A stretch of DNA of 64,000 nt, taken from Escherichia phage vB_EcoM_ACG-C40. The stretch lies in the sequence record NC_019399.1; one strand, written 5' to 3'. The notes beneath the pieces are model-generated. The model saw only the letters and a program-made list of their open reading frames with translations, was not told where the DNA came from and did no database searches. Positions 37,746-47,829 of the stretch are shown piece after piece; positions within the stretch are counted from its first letter, which is position 1, and the number at the start of each line of letters is the position of its first letter. The position numbers and the translations under genes were made by a program.

Positions 37746-38555
37746 ATGCTTAAAGAACAACTGATTGCTGAAGCGCAAAAAATTGATGCTTCCGTTGCTC
37801 TTGATAGTATTTTCGAATCAGTTAATATTTCTCCGGAAGCAAAAGAAACTTTCGGCACTGTATTCGAAGCTACCGTCAAGCAGCACGCCGTTAAATTAGC
37901 TGAATCTCATATCGCTAAAATTGCTGAAAAAGCAGAAGAAGAAGTAGAAAAAAATAAAGAAGAAGCAGAAGAAAAAGCTGAGAAGAAAATCGCTGAGCAA
38001 GCTTCTAAATTCCTTGACCATCTTGCAAAAGAATGGCTCACTGAAAATAAATTAGCAGTAGATAAAGGTATCAAAGCCGAACTGTTTGAATCCATGCTTG
38101 GTGGATTGAAAGAGCTCTTCGTTGAACACAACGTTGTTGTTCCAGAAGAATCAGTTGATGTTGTAGCTGAAATGGAAGAAGAACTGCAAGAACATAAAGA
38201 AGAATCAGCTCGTCTGTTCGAAGAACTCAATAAGCGTGACGCATATATCAATTATGTGCAGCGTGAAGTGGCATTGAGCGAAAGTACTAAAGATCTGACT
38301 GAGTCTCAAAAAGAAAAAGTCTCTGCTCTGGTCGAAGGTATGGATTATTCAGATGCATTCTCAAGTAAATTGAGTGCAATCGTAGAAATGGTGAAGAAAT
38401 CTAATAAAGATGAAAGCACTATTACTGAGAGTATAAATACTCCTGATACTGAAGCAGCCGGACTGAATTTCGTCACTGAAGCTGTAGAAGATAAATCTGC
38501 ACAAGGTGCAGAAGATATTGTAAGTGTATATGCGAAAGTCGCATCTCGTTTCTAA
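37746..38555 (+). CDS. 22: gp22 major prohead scaffolding core protein
   Basis: 269 aa, acidic coiled coil. Confidence 0.95.
   Translation: MLKEQLIAEAQKIDASVALDSIFESVNISPEAKETFGTVFEATVKQHAVKLAESHIAKIAEKAEEEVEKNKEEAEEKAEKKIAEQASKFLDHLAKEWLTENKLAVDKGIKAELFESMLGGLKELFVEHNVVVPEESVDVVAEMEEELQEHKEESARLFEELNKRDAYINYVQREVALSESTKDLTESQKEKVSALVEGMDYSDAFSSKLSAIVEMVKKSNKDESTITESINTPDTEAAGLNFVTEAVEDKSAQGAEDIVSVYAKVASRF
38432..38439 (+). promoter_or_regulatory. late promoter (TATAAATA) for gene 23, inside the 3' end of gene 22
   Basis: Exact TATAAATA about 135 nt upstream of gene 23. Confidence 0.55.
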
Positions 38556-38573
38556 TTTTAAAGGTTAACACAA

Positions 38574-40133
38574 ATGACTATCAAAACTAAAGCTGAACTT
38601 TTGAACAAATGGAAGCCATTACTGGAAGGTGAAGGTTTACCGGAAATTGCTAATAGCAAACAAGCGATTATCGCTAAAATCTTTGAAAACCAGGAAAAAG
38701 ATTTCCAGACAGCTCCGGAATATAAAGACGAAAAAATTGCTCAGGCATTCGGTTCTTTCTTAACAGAAGCTGAAATCGGTGGTGACCACGGTTACAATGC
38801 TACCAACATCGCTGCAGGTCAGACTTCTGGAGCAGTAACTCAGATTGGCCCAGCTGTTATGGGTATGGTACGTCGTGCTATTCCTAACCTGATTGCTTTC
38901 GATATTTGTGGTGTTCAGCCAATGAACAGCCCGACTGGCCAGGTATTCGCACTGCGCGCAGTATATGGTAAAGACCCAATCGCTTCCGGTGCTAAAGAAG
39001 CATTCCACCCAATGTATGGTCCAGATGCAATGTTCTCTGGTCAGGGTGCTGCTAAGAAATTCCCAGCTCTGGCTGCTAGCACACAAACCACAGTAGGTGA
39101 TATCTATACTCACTTCTTCCAGGACACTGGTACTGTGTATCTGCAAGCTTCTGCTAAAGTAACAATTAGCGCAACTGACGCAGCTAAATTAGATGCTGAA
39201 ATTAAGAAACAAATGGAAGCTGGTGTACTGGTAGAAATCGCTGAAGGTATGGCTACTTCTATCGCTGAACTCCAGGAAGGTTTCAATGGTTCTACCGATA
39301 ACCCATGGAATGAAATGGGCTTCCGTATCGATAAGCAAGTTATCGAAGCTAAATCTCGTCAGCTGAAAGCTGCTTACTCTATCGAATTAGCACAGGACCT
39401 CCGCGCTGTTCACGGTATGGATGCTGATGCTGAACTGTCTGGCATTCTGGCTACAGAAATTATGTTGGAAATCAACCGCGAAGTTGTTGATTGGATTAAC
39501 TACTCAGCTCAGGTTGGTAAATCTGGTATGACCCTGACTCCGGGTTCTAAAGCTGGTGTATTTGACTTCCAGGACCCAATCGATATTCGTGGTGCTCGCT
39601 GGGCAGGTGAATCCTTTAAAGCTCTGTTGTTCCAGATTGACAAAGAAGCAGTTGAAATTGCTCGTCAGACTGGTCGCGGCGAAGGCAACTTCATTATCGC
39701 TTCCCGTAACGTAGTTAACGTTCTGGCTTCAGTTGATACCGGCATTTCTTATGCTGCACAGGGTCTGGCTACCGGCTTTAACACTGATACTACCAAGTCA
39801 GTATTTGCCGGTGTTCTGGGCGGTAAATACCGTGTATATATCGACCAGTATGCTAAACAGGATTATTTCACTGTAGGTTATAAAGGTCCGAACGAAATGG
39901 ATGCTGGTATTTACTATGCTCCATATGTAGCTCTGACTCCGCTGCGTGGTTCCGATCCGAAGAACTTCCAACCGGTAATGGGATTCAAAACTCGTTACGG
40001 TATCGGTATCAACCCATTTGCAGAATCCGCTGCTCAGGCTCCGGCTTCTCGCATCCAGAGCGGTATGCCTTCTATTCTGAATAGCCTTGGTAAAAACGCT
40101 TACTTCCGCCGTGTATATGTTAAAGGTATCTAA
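38574..40133 (+). CDS. 23: gp23 major capsid protein
   Basis: 519 aa; N-terminus MTIKTKAELLNKWKPLLEGEGLPEIANSKQ. Confidence 0.95.
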   Translation: MTIKTKAELLNKWKPLLEGEGLPEIANSKQAIIAKIFENQEKDFQTAPEYKDEKIAQAFGSFLTEAEIGGDHGYNATNIAAGQTSGAVTQIGPAVMGMVRRAIPNLIAFDICGVQPMNSPTGQVFALRAVYGKDPIASGAKEAFHPMYGPDAMFSGQGAAKKFPALAASTQTTVGDIYTHFFQDTGTVYLQASAKVTISATDAAKLDAEIKKQMEAGVLVEIAEGMATSIAELQEGFNGSTDNPWNEMGFRIDKQVIEAKSRQLKAAYSIELAQDLRAVHGMDADAELSGILATEIMLEINREVVDWINYSAQVGKSGMTLTPGSKAGVFDFQDPIDIRGARWAGESFKALLFQIDKEAVEIARQTGRGEGNFIIASRNVVNVLASVDTGISYAAQGLATGFNTDTTKSVFAGVLGGKYRVYIDQYAKQDYFTVGYKGPNEMDAGIYYAPYVALTPLRGSDPKNFQPVMGFKTRYGIGINPFAESAAQAPASRIQSGMPSILNSLGKNAYFRRVYVKGI

Positions 40134-40146
40134 TCTTTGACGATTT

Positions 40147-40177
40147 AAGGGACCTTCGGGTCCCTTTAGTTGTTTTT
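40147..40177 (+). terminator. rho-independent terminator after gene 23
   Basis: AAGGGACC-TTCG-GGTCCCTT followed by T-rich TAGTTGTTTTT. Confidence 0.65.
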
Positions 40178-40181
40178 ATGG

Positions 40182-40189
40182 TATAAATA
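40182..40189 (+). promoter_or_regulatory. late promoter (TATAAATA) for gene 24
   Basis: Exact TATAAATA 28 nt upstream of the gene 24 ATG. Confidence 0.6.
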
Positions 40190-40216
40190 AATCATATAAA
40201 CTGAAAGGAAAGCGCA

Positions 40217-41500
40217 ATGGCTAAAATCAACGAACTTCTGCGCGAATCAACCACAACGAATAGCAACTCAATCGGTCGCCCAAATCTCGTTGCTTTGACT
40301 CGCGCTACCACTAAATTAATATATTCTGACATTGTAGCAACGCAAAGAACTAATCAACCTGTTGCTGCTTTTTATGGTATCAAATACCTTAACCCGGATA
40401 ACGAATTTACATTTAAAACTGGTGCTACTTACGCTGGCGAAGCTGGGTATGTAGACCGAGAACAAATCACAGAATTAACAGAAGAGTCTAAATTAACTCT
40501 CAATAAAGGCGATTTATTCAAATATAATAATATCGTTTATAAAGTATTAGAAGATACACCATTTGCTGATATTGAAGAAAGCGATTTAGAATTAGCTCTT
40601 CAGATTGCAATCGTTCTTTTAAAGGTTCGTCTATTTTCTGATGCTGCAGTAACAAGCAAATTTGAAAACTCTGATAGCGAAATTGCGGATGCTAGATTCC
40701 AGATTAATAAATGGCAAACCGCAGTTAAATCTCGTAAACTTAAAACTGGCATCACAGTTGAATTAGCACAAGATTTAGAAGCAAACGGATTCGATGCTCC
40801 TAATTTCTTGGAAGATTTGCTTGCAACTGAAATGGCGGATGAAATCAATAAAGATATTCTGCAGTCTTTGATTACAGTATCAAAACGCTATAAAGTTACA
40901 GGAATTACTGATACTGGATTCATTGATTTGAGTTATGCATCTGCACCTGAAGCTGGTCGTTCATTATACCGAATGGTGTGTGAAATGGTTTCACATATCC
41001 AGAAAGAATCAACTTATACAGCAACGTTCTGTGTTGCTTCAGCTCGTGCCGCTGCGATTCTTGCTGCATCAGGTTGGTTAAAACATAAACCAGAAGATGA
41101 CAAATATCTTTCACAAAATGCCTACGGGTTCTTAGCTAATGGTTTACCGCTTTATTGCGATACCAACAGTCCATTAGATTATGTAATCGTTGGCGTAGTA
41201 GAAAATATTGGTGAAAAAGAAATTGTTGGATCAATTTTCTATGCTCCGTATACAGAAGGTCTTGACTTAGATGACCCTGAACATGTAGGTGCATTTAAAG
41301 TTGTTGTTGATCCAGAAAGCTTACAACCGTCTATCGGTTTATTAGTTAGATATGCTTTATCAGCAAATCCTTATACCGTAGCAAAAGATGAAAAAGAAGC
41401 AAGAGTAATTGATGGTGGAGATATGGATAAAATGGCGGGTCGTTCAGATTTGTCTGTTTTATTAGGTGTTAAGCTACCAAAAATTATCATTGATGAATAA
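40217..41500 (+). CDS. 24: gp24 capsid vertex protein
   Basis: 427 aa; gp23 paralog. Confidence 0.95.
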   Translation: MAKINELLRESTTTNSNSIGRPNLVALTRATTKLIYSDIVATQRTNQPVAAFYGIKYLNPDNEFTFKTGATYAGEAGYVDREQITELTEESKLTLNKGDLFKYNNIVYKVLEDTPFADIEESDLELALQIAIVLLKVRLFSDAAVTSKFENSDSEIADARFQINKWQTAVKSRKLKTGITVELAQDLEANGFDAPNFLEDLLATEMADEINKDILQSLITVSKRYKVTGITDTGFIDLSYASAPEAGRSLYRMVCEMVSHIQKESTYTATFCVASARAAAILAASGWLKHKPEDDKYLSQNAYGFLANGLPLYCDTNSPLDYVIVGVVENIGEKEIVGSIFYAPYTEGLDLDDPEHVGAFKVVVDPESLQPSIGLLVRYALSANPYTVAKDEKEARVIDGGDMDKMAGRSDLSVLLGVKLPKIIIDE

Positions 41501-41504
41501 AACA

Positions 41505-41532
41505 AAGGGACCGAAAGGTCCCTTTTTTATTT
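41505..41532. terminator. bidirectional rho-independent terminator between convergent gene 24 and rnlB
   Basis: AAAGGGACC-GAAA-GGTCCCTTT with T-rich flanks on both strands. Confidence 0.65.
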
Positions 41533-42535
41533 AACTTACCAATTCAATCCAAGCCGGACGAAGTACATCTTGTACCATTTTAACTAATTCCTTCTTAATC
41601 AAAGAAGGATTATCCGCTTGAGTTAGAGTAATACCTTCACGAGAAGTTTCTTCCAAAATATCTTGAACAGTTAGCCCCATCACCTTTCCAAAATCTTTTG
41701 GACCAATTTCACCAATTTTAGAAATAACGTTATTTACTCGGTTCAGTGTAACGTAGCAAGCTAAAATTCCCACCAATTTGTTATCAGCTTCTGATAGTTC
41801 AACTTTAGCTTTAATAGGCTTATCAGACTTTTTCTTTTCACTAAATTTGGAATTCTTGCATTTGATGGCTACACGATTTCCATTATGAAGTCAAGAAGGA
41901 TAACAAGGTTTCAATACATATCCTTCAGCGGTAAATACTTCGCCTTTGGCTTCAGCTTTCCAAACACATTTGTTAGCGTCAACTAATCCAGCATGGTCTA
42001 CTGTAAAATTATAATCTTGGACGACAGAATCTAAATCATTTGGCAATTTAATAAGCTCTTCAAATTTACCGCGACCTAAAAGTGGAGCCATTTTAAATTT
42101 AAATGTATTACAAAATGATTCCATCATATAATCATCGACATAAGTCACATCACCACTTTCTGTAGTGACAATAATGTCAAATACATAAAAATCTTTATCG
42201 CCATAATCGACATTCTTCTGAATGCCAGGTCCAGCGAATTCGCCAAAGACTTGATAAGATACAACCGCTGAGGTTTCCATAATATCTTGTACTGCTTTAA
42301 TAGAATCTTCGTAATTCTTTAGAATAATTTCATACCCAAAGAAATCTTCAGCAGGAAGAATCGGTCCAGTACGTTTAGCGCAAGTTACTTTATCACGCTC
42401 AATAATCAATGAGAAATTTGTGCCGTGAATCTTTTCACGAGCTACCCACTCCCCACCAGTCAATCCCAAGCTATAAAGTTTTTCAATAAATTTAGAGTTG
42501 TAATGATTTTCAAGACTGCTATACTTTTTAAACAT
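41531..42535 (-). pseudogene. rnlB: RNA ligase 2 (rnlB) interrupted by an in-frame TGA at codon 215
   Basis: ORF 41891..42535 (214 aa, KxHGxN with K35) stops at TGA 41891..41893; same frame continues ...LHNGNRVAIK... into ORF 41531..41776; total 334 codons. Confidence 0.8.
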
Positions 42536-42544
42536 AATTAATCC

Positions 42545-42823
42545 TCAAAATGTAATTTCTAACCAATCACCATCACGCTGATCACTATTGACTTTAAAGC
42601 TGAATCCTTCTTTTCTCAGCCAATCACCAATTTCTTCAGTAATCAATTTATCACGAGCAATACAATAATAACTAAAATGTGTTTTACCTTGTTCAGCTGC
42701 TTTATTAGCAAGTTCCGAAAAATCTTTAATAAAACACTCTAGCTTAAACTGTTTACTTTTAAGTGCTTTTTCGCGCAATTGATTAGCAAAAGATTCATTT
42801 TCATAAAGATCATACTGTTCCAT
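42545..42823 (-). CDS. hypothetical protein (92 aa)
   Basis: Intact ORF between rnlB and hoc. Confidence 0.6.
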   Translation of the reverse strand: MEQYDLYENESFANQLREKALKSKQFKLECFIKDFSELANKAAEQGKTHFSYYCIARDKLITEEIGDWLRKEGFSFKVNSDQRDGDWLEITF

Positions 42824-43025
42824 TTTTCACCTTTTTATTGATATGTCTTTTTCTATAGACGACTTTTTCTCGAGTTTCAAATTTATTTTTAGCAGTCATA
42901 GCTCGAGCCCATAATACAGCCACTTCTTTTGCCTGTAAGTTTAATTCACGAGCAATTTCAATGAATGACTTTCCAGACTCATGAAGAGTAAACACCACAA
43001 CCTCAGTTCTCATAATCAATCTCAT
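42810..43025 (-). CDS. hypothetical protein (71 aa)
   Basis: Intact ORF. Confidence 0.55.
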   Translation of the reverse strand: MRLIMRTEVVVFTLHESGKSFIEIARELNLQAKEVAVLWARAMTAKNKFETREKVVYRKRHINKKVKNGTV

Positions 43026-43092
43026 GTTATCGAGTTGATGCCATTATATACATCATTTTCTGAGTATGTTTTGTGTGCTTTCAAAATGAAGA

Positions 43093-43110
43093 AAGGGGCC
43101 GAAGCCCCTT
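43093..43110 (-). repeat. intercistronic GC hairpin AAGGGGC-CGAA-GCCCCTT, copy 2 of 3
   Basis: Identical to the copies at 2144..2161 and 63084..63100. Confidence 0.6.
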
Positions 43111-43129
43111 ATGATTATGATTATGATTA
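43109..43129 (-). repeat. hexanucleotide tandem repeat (TAATCA)x3.5 giving four in-frame TAA stops at the hoc 3' end
   Basis: Minus strand CCA-TAA-TCA-TAA-TCA-TAA-TCA-TAA. Confidence 0.7.
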
Positions 43130-44258
43130 TGGATAGGTGTAGATGATACCAGTTTCTAAAGCAGTTTTATGAATGATGTATCCATTGCGTGATTCTTGAA
43201 CATCAACTTCTGGATAGTCTTTCATCATCTTCTGAAGAGTGTAACGATGCAGGTAGTATTTACTGTCTGGATCTTCAGTTTTCCAATCTTTACCTTCTTC
43301 GGTCATTTTTTGGATTTCATCCATAACCCACCAACCGCACCAGATATAAGCTGAAGTACGATGTGGAAGAGGATGAACATAAGGTAGTTCACCTTCTGGT
43401 TCTGGAGCAACTTTATCAGTTACCTGAACTTGACCTTCTGCTGTAATAGTTTTGCTATCATAATCAGTTGCAGTAACGACAGCAGTAACTTCAATAGTTT
43501 GACTTCCAACAGATGAGGTATCGACAGTATATACGTTAGTTGACCCTTCTACAGGAGAAGAATCTTTCTTCCATGAGTAAGTAATTTGTGCTTCTTCTGG
43601 AGCACCCGTAACATTAGCCGTAAATGTAGCCGAAGCATCTTGCTGAACATTAATAGAAGGAGGAGTCAATGTAACCTGTGGATTCATTGTCTTCTTATTA
43701 ACTGTCAATGATACTTCATTAGAAGTAACTTCCTTTTCATTGTAATTTTCAGCAGTTACTTGCGCTACACACTTGATTTTTTTTAACTCCACTTGTGTCA
43801 GGAGTGTAATTGAATGTAGCGTCAGTTGCTTTGTCTACAGGAGAACCGTCAACGTGCCATTGATACGTAGGGTTTGCACCTGATGGCTGTGAAGCTAAGG
43901 CAGCGGTAAATTCAATTGGAGTTCCAATCACTCCAGCATCAGGGCTACCAGGAGTTACAGCTAAAGTAGTTGTTTGTGTCTTATTTTGAACTGTGATAGT
44001 TGTACTAATTTCTGCTGTTTCAGGTTCAGATTCTGCAACTTGATTGGTTGCAACTACTTTAATAGTCTTTTGACCGGCAGGTCCTTTTAGTACATAACTA
44101 AAAGTTGCTGACGTTTCTTCCTGTGGAGCGTCGTCTACAGTCCAAGCATATGTAATAGATCCATCTCCAGTTTGACCACTGGGTGTAGCAGTAAACTGCT
44201 GAGTCTGATCTATAACTCCAGTAGGTGTTTTAGGAGTTATATCAACTGTAAAAGTCAT
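43127..44258 (-). pseudogene. hoc: hoc outer capsid protein with a +1 frameshift in an A8 homopolymer
   Basis: N-terminal ORF 43749..44258 and C-terminal ORF 43127..43792 are both Hoc-like; frames switch at 43777..43784. Confidence 0.8.
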
Positions 44259-44267
44259 AAGTTATCC

Positions 44268-44948
44268 TTATTTTAATGTTACGAAAGAAGAGTTGCGTGT
44301 TTCACGAATTAAAACTGATCCGTCACGGTTAATGTAATAAATTAAGCTAAATAAAGTTTGGTGTGCTGACGCATGTTCAAAACTAGTTGGGTGAGATTTC
44401 CAATCAGGAGTTTCAGCAATCCATTGATAAATCCACCAAGGAACAGTACAGAATCCTGGATTTTTTCCAATCAACTGAAGATTCGGGCTAAAGTTTTCCG
44501 GAAGAGTAAATACAGACGGCTTTTCAGATTCAATAATCTCAGCTACAGCCTGTTCAAATTTTTCTTCAACAAATGGAGTATCTTCAATCAAAACATCGGT
44601 ATTTTCAGGAATTTTATCTGTTTCTACTACTTCAATTTTAATGTCAGATTTAACCGGAGAATCAATCAAAAGTGCTGCTTCTGGATTGACTTCTTCATCG
44701 TCATATTTTAACCCCTCTGCAGCATCAGCAGCATCAATTAAGTCTTTAATAGATAACCCATCAGTCTCCGGCATAGGTTCACTAGCGAGCTTCTGGAGGG
44801 CTTCTTCAATATCAACAACGATATTATCAAAAGATTTATTCTTTTTGACCTTTATACCAAACTGTTCAGCATATTCAGCTAATTTAGCTTTAGCTTCTTT
44901 GTTATCATCAAGAGCCTTCAGCTCTGCAATATAATCTTTATCTATCAT
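44268..44948 (-). CDS. inh: Inh, inhibitor of prohead protease gp21
   Basis: 226-aa acidic protein in the T4 position after hoc. Confidence 0.8.
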   Translation of the reverse strand: MIDKDYIAELKALDDNKEAKAKLAEYAEQFGIKVKKNKSFDNIVVDIEEALQKLASEPMPETDGLSIKDLIDAADAAEGLKYDDEEVNPEAALLIDSPVKSDIKIEVVETDKIPENTDVLIEDTPFVEEKFEQAVAEIIESEKPSVFTLPENFSPNLQLIGKNPGFCTVPWWIYQWIAETPDWKSHPTSFEHASAHQTLFSLIYYINRDGSVLIRETRNSSFVTLK

Positions 44949-44961
44949 AATATTTCCTCAG

Positions 44962-44969
44962 TATAAATA
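44962..44969 (+). promoter_or_regulatory. late promoter (TATAAATA) upstream of the segE-like gene
   Basis: Exact TATAAATA 29 nt upstream of ATG 44998. Confidence 0.5.
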
Positions 44970-44997
44970 TAGATATATTTATTACTCGGAAAATAGT

Positions 44998-45615
44998 ATG
45001 TACCACTTTGTATATGAAACAACAAATCTAATAAATGGTAAAAAGTATATAGGAAAACACTCTACTGATGACTTGAATGATGGTTACCTTGGTTCCGGTA
45101 AGGCAATTCAGCAGGCTATAAAGAAATATGGTGAAAACAATTTCTCTAGAACAATACTAAAAGAGTTTAAAACTTCCGAAGAAGCGTACATGTATGAAGA
45201 AGAAATTATAACTCCTGAAATAATAAAAAGCAAAAATTATTATAATATGAAACCTGGCGGAATTGGTGGAATTGTTATGACTACAGAGGTTATAGCAAAG
45301 ATGAAAGAATCTTCCGCTAAGAGATTTGAAAACTCACCGGGCACGGTATTAGGTACAACTTGTTACACTAATGGAACTAAAAATATTTTTATTAAGCCTG
45401 GAGAACTTGTTCCAGAAGGATTTGTAAAAGGGATGGTTCATCCTAATAGAAAGTCCAGAAAAGGATGTAAAGTCAAACCGACTACCACAGGAACTTTTTG
45501 GGTCAATAATGGTGCAATAAATAAATTAATACAACCAGACGGTATTATTCCCGACGGATTTATTAAAGGTCGTCTCATGAAAAGAGATTCTAAAGGCAAA
45601 TTTAGTAAGGCATAA
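44998..45615 (+). CDS. segE: GIY-YIG homing endonuclease, SegE-like
   Basis: 205 aa; YHFVYETTNLINGKKYIGKH...YLGSG...EEAYMYEEE...YNMKPGG. Confidence 0.75.
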   Translation: MYHFVYETTNLINGKKYIGKHSTDDLNDGYLGSGKAIQQAIKKYGENNFSRTILKEFKTSEEAYMYEEEIITPEIIKSKNYYNMKPGGIGGIVMTTEVIAKMKESSAKRFENSPGTVLGTTCYTNGTKNIFIKPGELVPEGFVKGMVHPNRKSRKGCKVKPTTTGTFWVNNGAINKLIQPDGIIPDGFIKGRLMKRDSKGKFSKA

Positions 45616-45617
45616 TT

Positions 45618-47126
45618 ATGGATATTAAAGTACATTTTCACGACTTCAGTCATGTACGCATCGATTGTGAAGAGAGCACGTTCCACGAATTAAGAGATTT
45701 CTTTTCGTTTGAGGCCGATGGATATAGATTTAACCCTCGCTTCAGATATGGCAACTGGGATGGACGAATTCGTCTTTTAGATTATAATCGCCTTCTTCCA
45801 TTCGGTTTAGTCGGGCAAATTAAAAAGTTCTGCGATAACTTTGGCTATAAAGCCTGGATTGACCCACAGATTAACGAAAAAGAAGAATTATCAAGAAAAG
45901 ATTTTGATGAATGGCTTTCTAAATTAGAAATCTATTCAGGAAATAAAAGAATTGAACCGCATTGGTATCAAAAAGATGCAGTGTTCGAAGGATTAGTTAA
46001 TCGTCGTAGAATTCTTAATCTTCCAACATCCGCAGGTAAATCTTTAATTCAAGCTTTGCTTGCTCGGTATTATTTGGAAAATTATGAAGGCAAAATTCTT
46101 ATTATTGTTCCAACAACTGCTCTGACAACTCAGATGGCTGATGACTTTGTTGACTATCGTTTATTCAGTCATGCAATGATAAAGAAAATCGGTGGTGGAG
46201 CATCAAAAGATGATAAATATAAAAATGATGCACCGGTCGTTGTTGGTACATGGCAAACTGTAGTAAAACAACCGAAAGAATGGTTCTCACAGTTTGGAAT
46301 GATGATGAATGATGAATGTCATCTTGCTACAGGAAAAAGTATTTCATCTATCATATCAGGTTTAAATAACTGCATGTTCAAATTCGGTTTGTCTGGTTCA
46401 TTACGTGATGGCAAAGCCAATATCATGCAGTATGTTGGAATGTTCGGTGAAATATTTAAGCCAGTAACGACCTCTAAATTAATGGAAGATGGACAAGTAA
46501 CTGAGTTAAAAATTAATAGTATTTTTCTTCGCTATCCCGATGAGTTCACTACTAAATTAAAGGGAAAAACTTATCAAGAAGAAATAAAAATTATTACTGG
46601 GCTTAGTAAAAGAAATAAATGGATCGCTAAATTAGCTATTAAGCTTGCGCAAAAAGATGAAAACGCTTTTGTCATGTTTAAACATGTATCGCACGGTAAA
46701 GCTATTTTCGATTTAATTAAAAATGAATACGATAAAGTTTATTACGTATCAGGGGAAGTTGATACCGAAACCCGCAATATAATGAAAACCTTAGCTGAAA
46801 ATGGTAAAGGAATAATTATAGTAGCGAGTTATGGTGTATTTTCTACTGGTATTTCAGTTAAAAATCTGCATCATGTTGTTTTAGCGCACGGTGTTAAATC
46901 TAAAATTATTGTATTGCAAACAATAGGTCGCGTATTACGTAAGCATGGTTCTAAGACAATAGCAACAGTCTGGGACCTCATAGATGACGCGGGCGTGGTT
47001 TCTAAATCAAAAACATCTTCTAAAAAATACTCGCATTTAAACTATCTTTTAAAACATGGACTTGATCGTATTCAGCGTTATGCTGATGAAAAGTTTAATT
47101 ATGTGATGAAAGAGGTTAAACTTTGA
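45618..47126 (+). CDS. uvsW: UvsW DNA/RNA helicase
   Basis: 502 aa; motifs LPTSAGKS and DECH. Confidence 0.9.
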   Translation: MDIKVHFHDFSHVRIDCEESTFHELRDFFSFEADGYRFNPRFRYGNWDGRIRLLDYNRLLPFGLVGQIKKFCDNFGYKAWIDPQINEKEELSRKDFDEWLSKLEIYSGNKRIEPHWYQKDAVFEGLVNRRRILNLPTSAGKSLIQALLARYYLENYEGKILIIVPTTALTTQMADDFVDYRLFSHAMIKKIGGGASKDDKYKNDAPVVVGTWQTVVKQPKEWFSQFGMMMNDECHLATGKSISSIISGLNNCMFKFGLSGSLRDGKANIMQYVGMFGEIFKPVTTSKLMEDGQVTELKINSIFLRYPDEFTTKLKGKTYQEEIKIITGLSKRNKWIAKLAIKLAQKDENAFVMFKHVSHGKAIFDLIKNEYDKVYYVSGEVDTETRNIMKTLAENGKGIIIVASYGVFSTGISVKNLHHVVLAHGVKSKIIVLQTIGRVLRKHGSKTIATVWDLIDDAGVVSKSKTSSKKYSHLNYLLKHGLDRIQRYADEKFNYVMKEVKL

Positions 47127-47815
47127 ATTATAAATTAATATATGATAATTTAATTAATAGAGCCCAGAATCGGGCTCGCCTTAATGGATACACTGAAACT
47201 CATCATATAATTCCTAGATGTATGGGTGGTACAGATGATAGGTGTAATTTAGTAGAACTAACAGCTGAAGAACATTTTATAGCCCATAAACTTTTAGCTA
47301 AAATTCATCCAAATCATTACGGTATAATTAAAGCCGTTATATGTATGGGAATGAACTCAAAGACTCATGAAAGACACGTTAATAAATCTTACGCATGGGA
47401 ACGTCGTAAAATGGCAGAACTTCAATCCGGTGAAGGTAATCCATTTTACGGAAAACACCATACGGAAGAACATAAACAATATATGTCAAAACTCATGAAA
47501 AGTCGTCCAATTACATGGGGAAATAAAATTAGTAAAACTAAAAGAATGAACCCAACAAAATGGACCGAAGAAGCTAAAAGATTACATTCAATCAATCAAT
47601 CGGGTAAAAATAATGGCATGTATGGAAGGAAACATTCCGCTAAATCTATTCAGAAAATTAAAGATAACATGCCAGATAATTCAGGAGCTAATAACCCAGC
47701 TGCTAAACCTATAGAAGTAAATGGTGTTAAATATAAATGTATGAAAGACGCTTCTAAAGCTACTGGATTATCAATGTACAAACTAAGAATACTCAGAAAA
47801 ACAGTTAATTTATAA
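47123..47815 (+). CDS. HNH homing endonuclease with NUMOD-like DNA-binding repeats
   Basis: HNH core THHIIPRCMGGTDDRCNLVELTAEEHFIAH; repeats GNPFYGKHHTEEHK and NNGMYGRKHSAKS; ATGA overlap with the uvsW stop. Confidence 0.8.
   Translation: MNYKLIYDNLINRAQNRARLNGYTETHHIIPRCMGGTDDRCNLVELTAEEHFIAHKLLAKIHPNHYGIIKAVICMGMNSKTHERHVNKSYAWERRKMAELQSGEGNPFYGKHHTEEHKQYMSKLMKSRPITWGNKISKTKRMNPTKWTEEAKRLHSINQSGKNNGMYGRKHSAKSIQKIKDNMPDNSGANNPAAKPIEVNGVKYKCMKDASKATGLSMYKLRILRKTVNL
47123..47815 (+). mobile_element. freestanding homing-endonuclease gene inserted between uvsW and uvsW.1
   Basis: HNH ORF lies exactly between two genes that I recall as adjacent in T4. Confidence 0.55.
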
Positions 47816-47829
47816 GGGCTTCGGCCCTT
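47814..47829 (+). terminator. GC hairpin (AAGGGC-TTCG-GCCCTT) after the HNH gene
   Basis: Tetraloop hairpin immediately before the uvsW.1 RBS; no U-tract. Confidence 0.4.

Noticed and set aside
37907-38251. 114-aa Ser-rich minus-strand ORF
   Set aside because: It is antisense to gene 22 (GAA/GAG-rich) and is a composition artefact.
44373-44934. Two plus-strand ORFs (112 and 97 aa) inside inh
   Set aside because: They are antisense to a well-supported inh gene and have no start signals.
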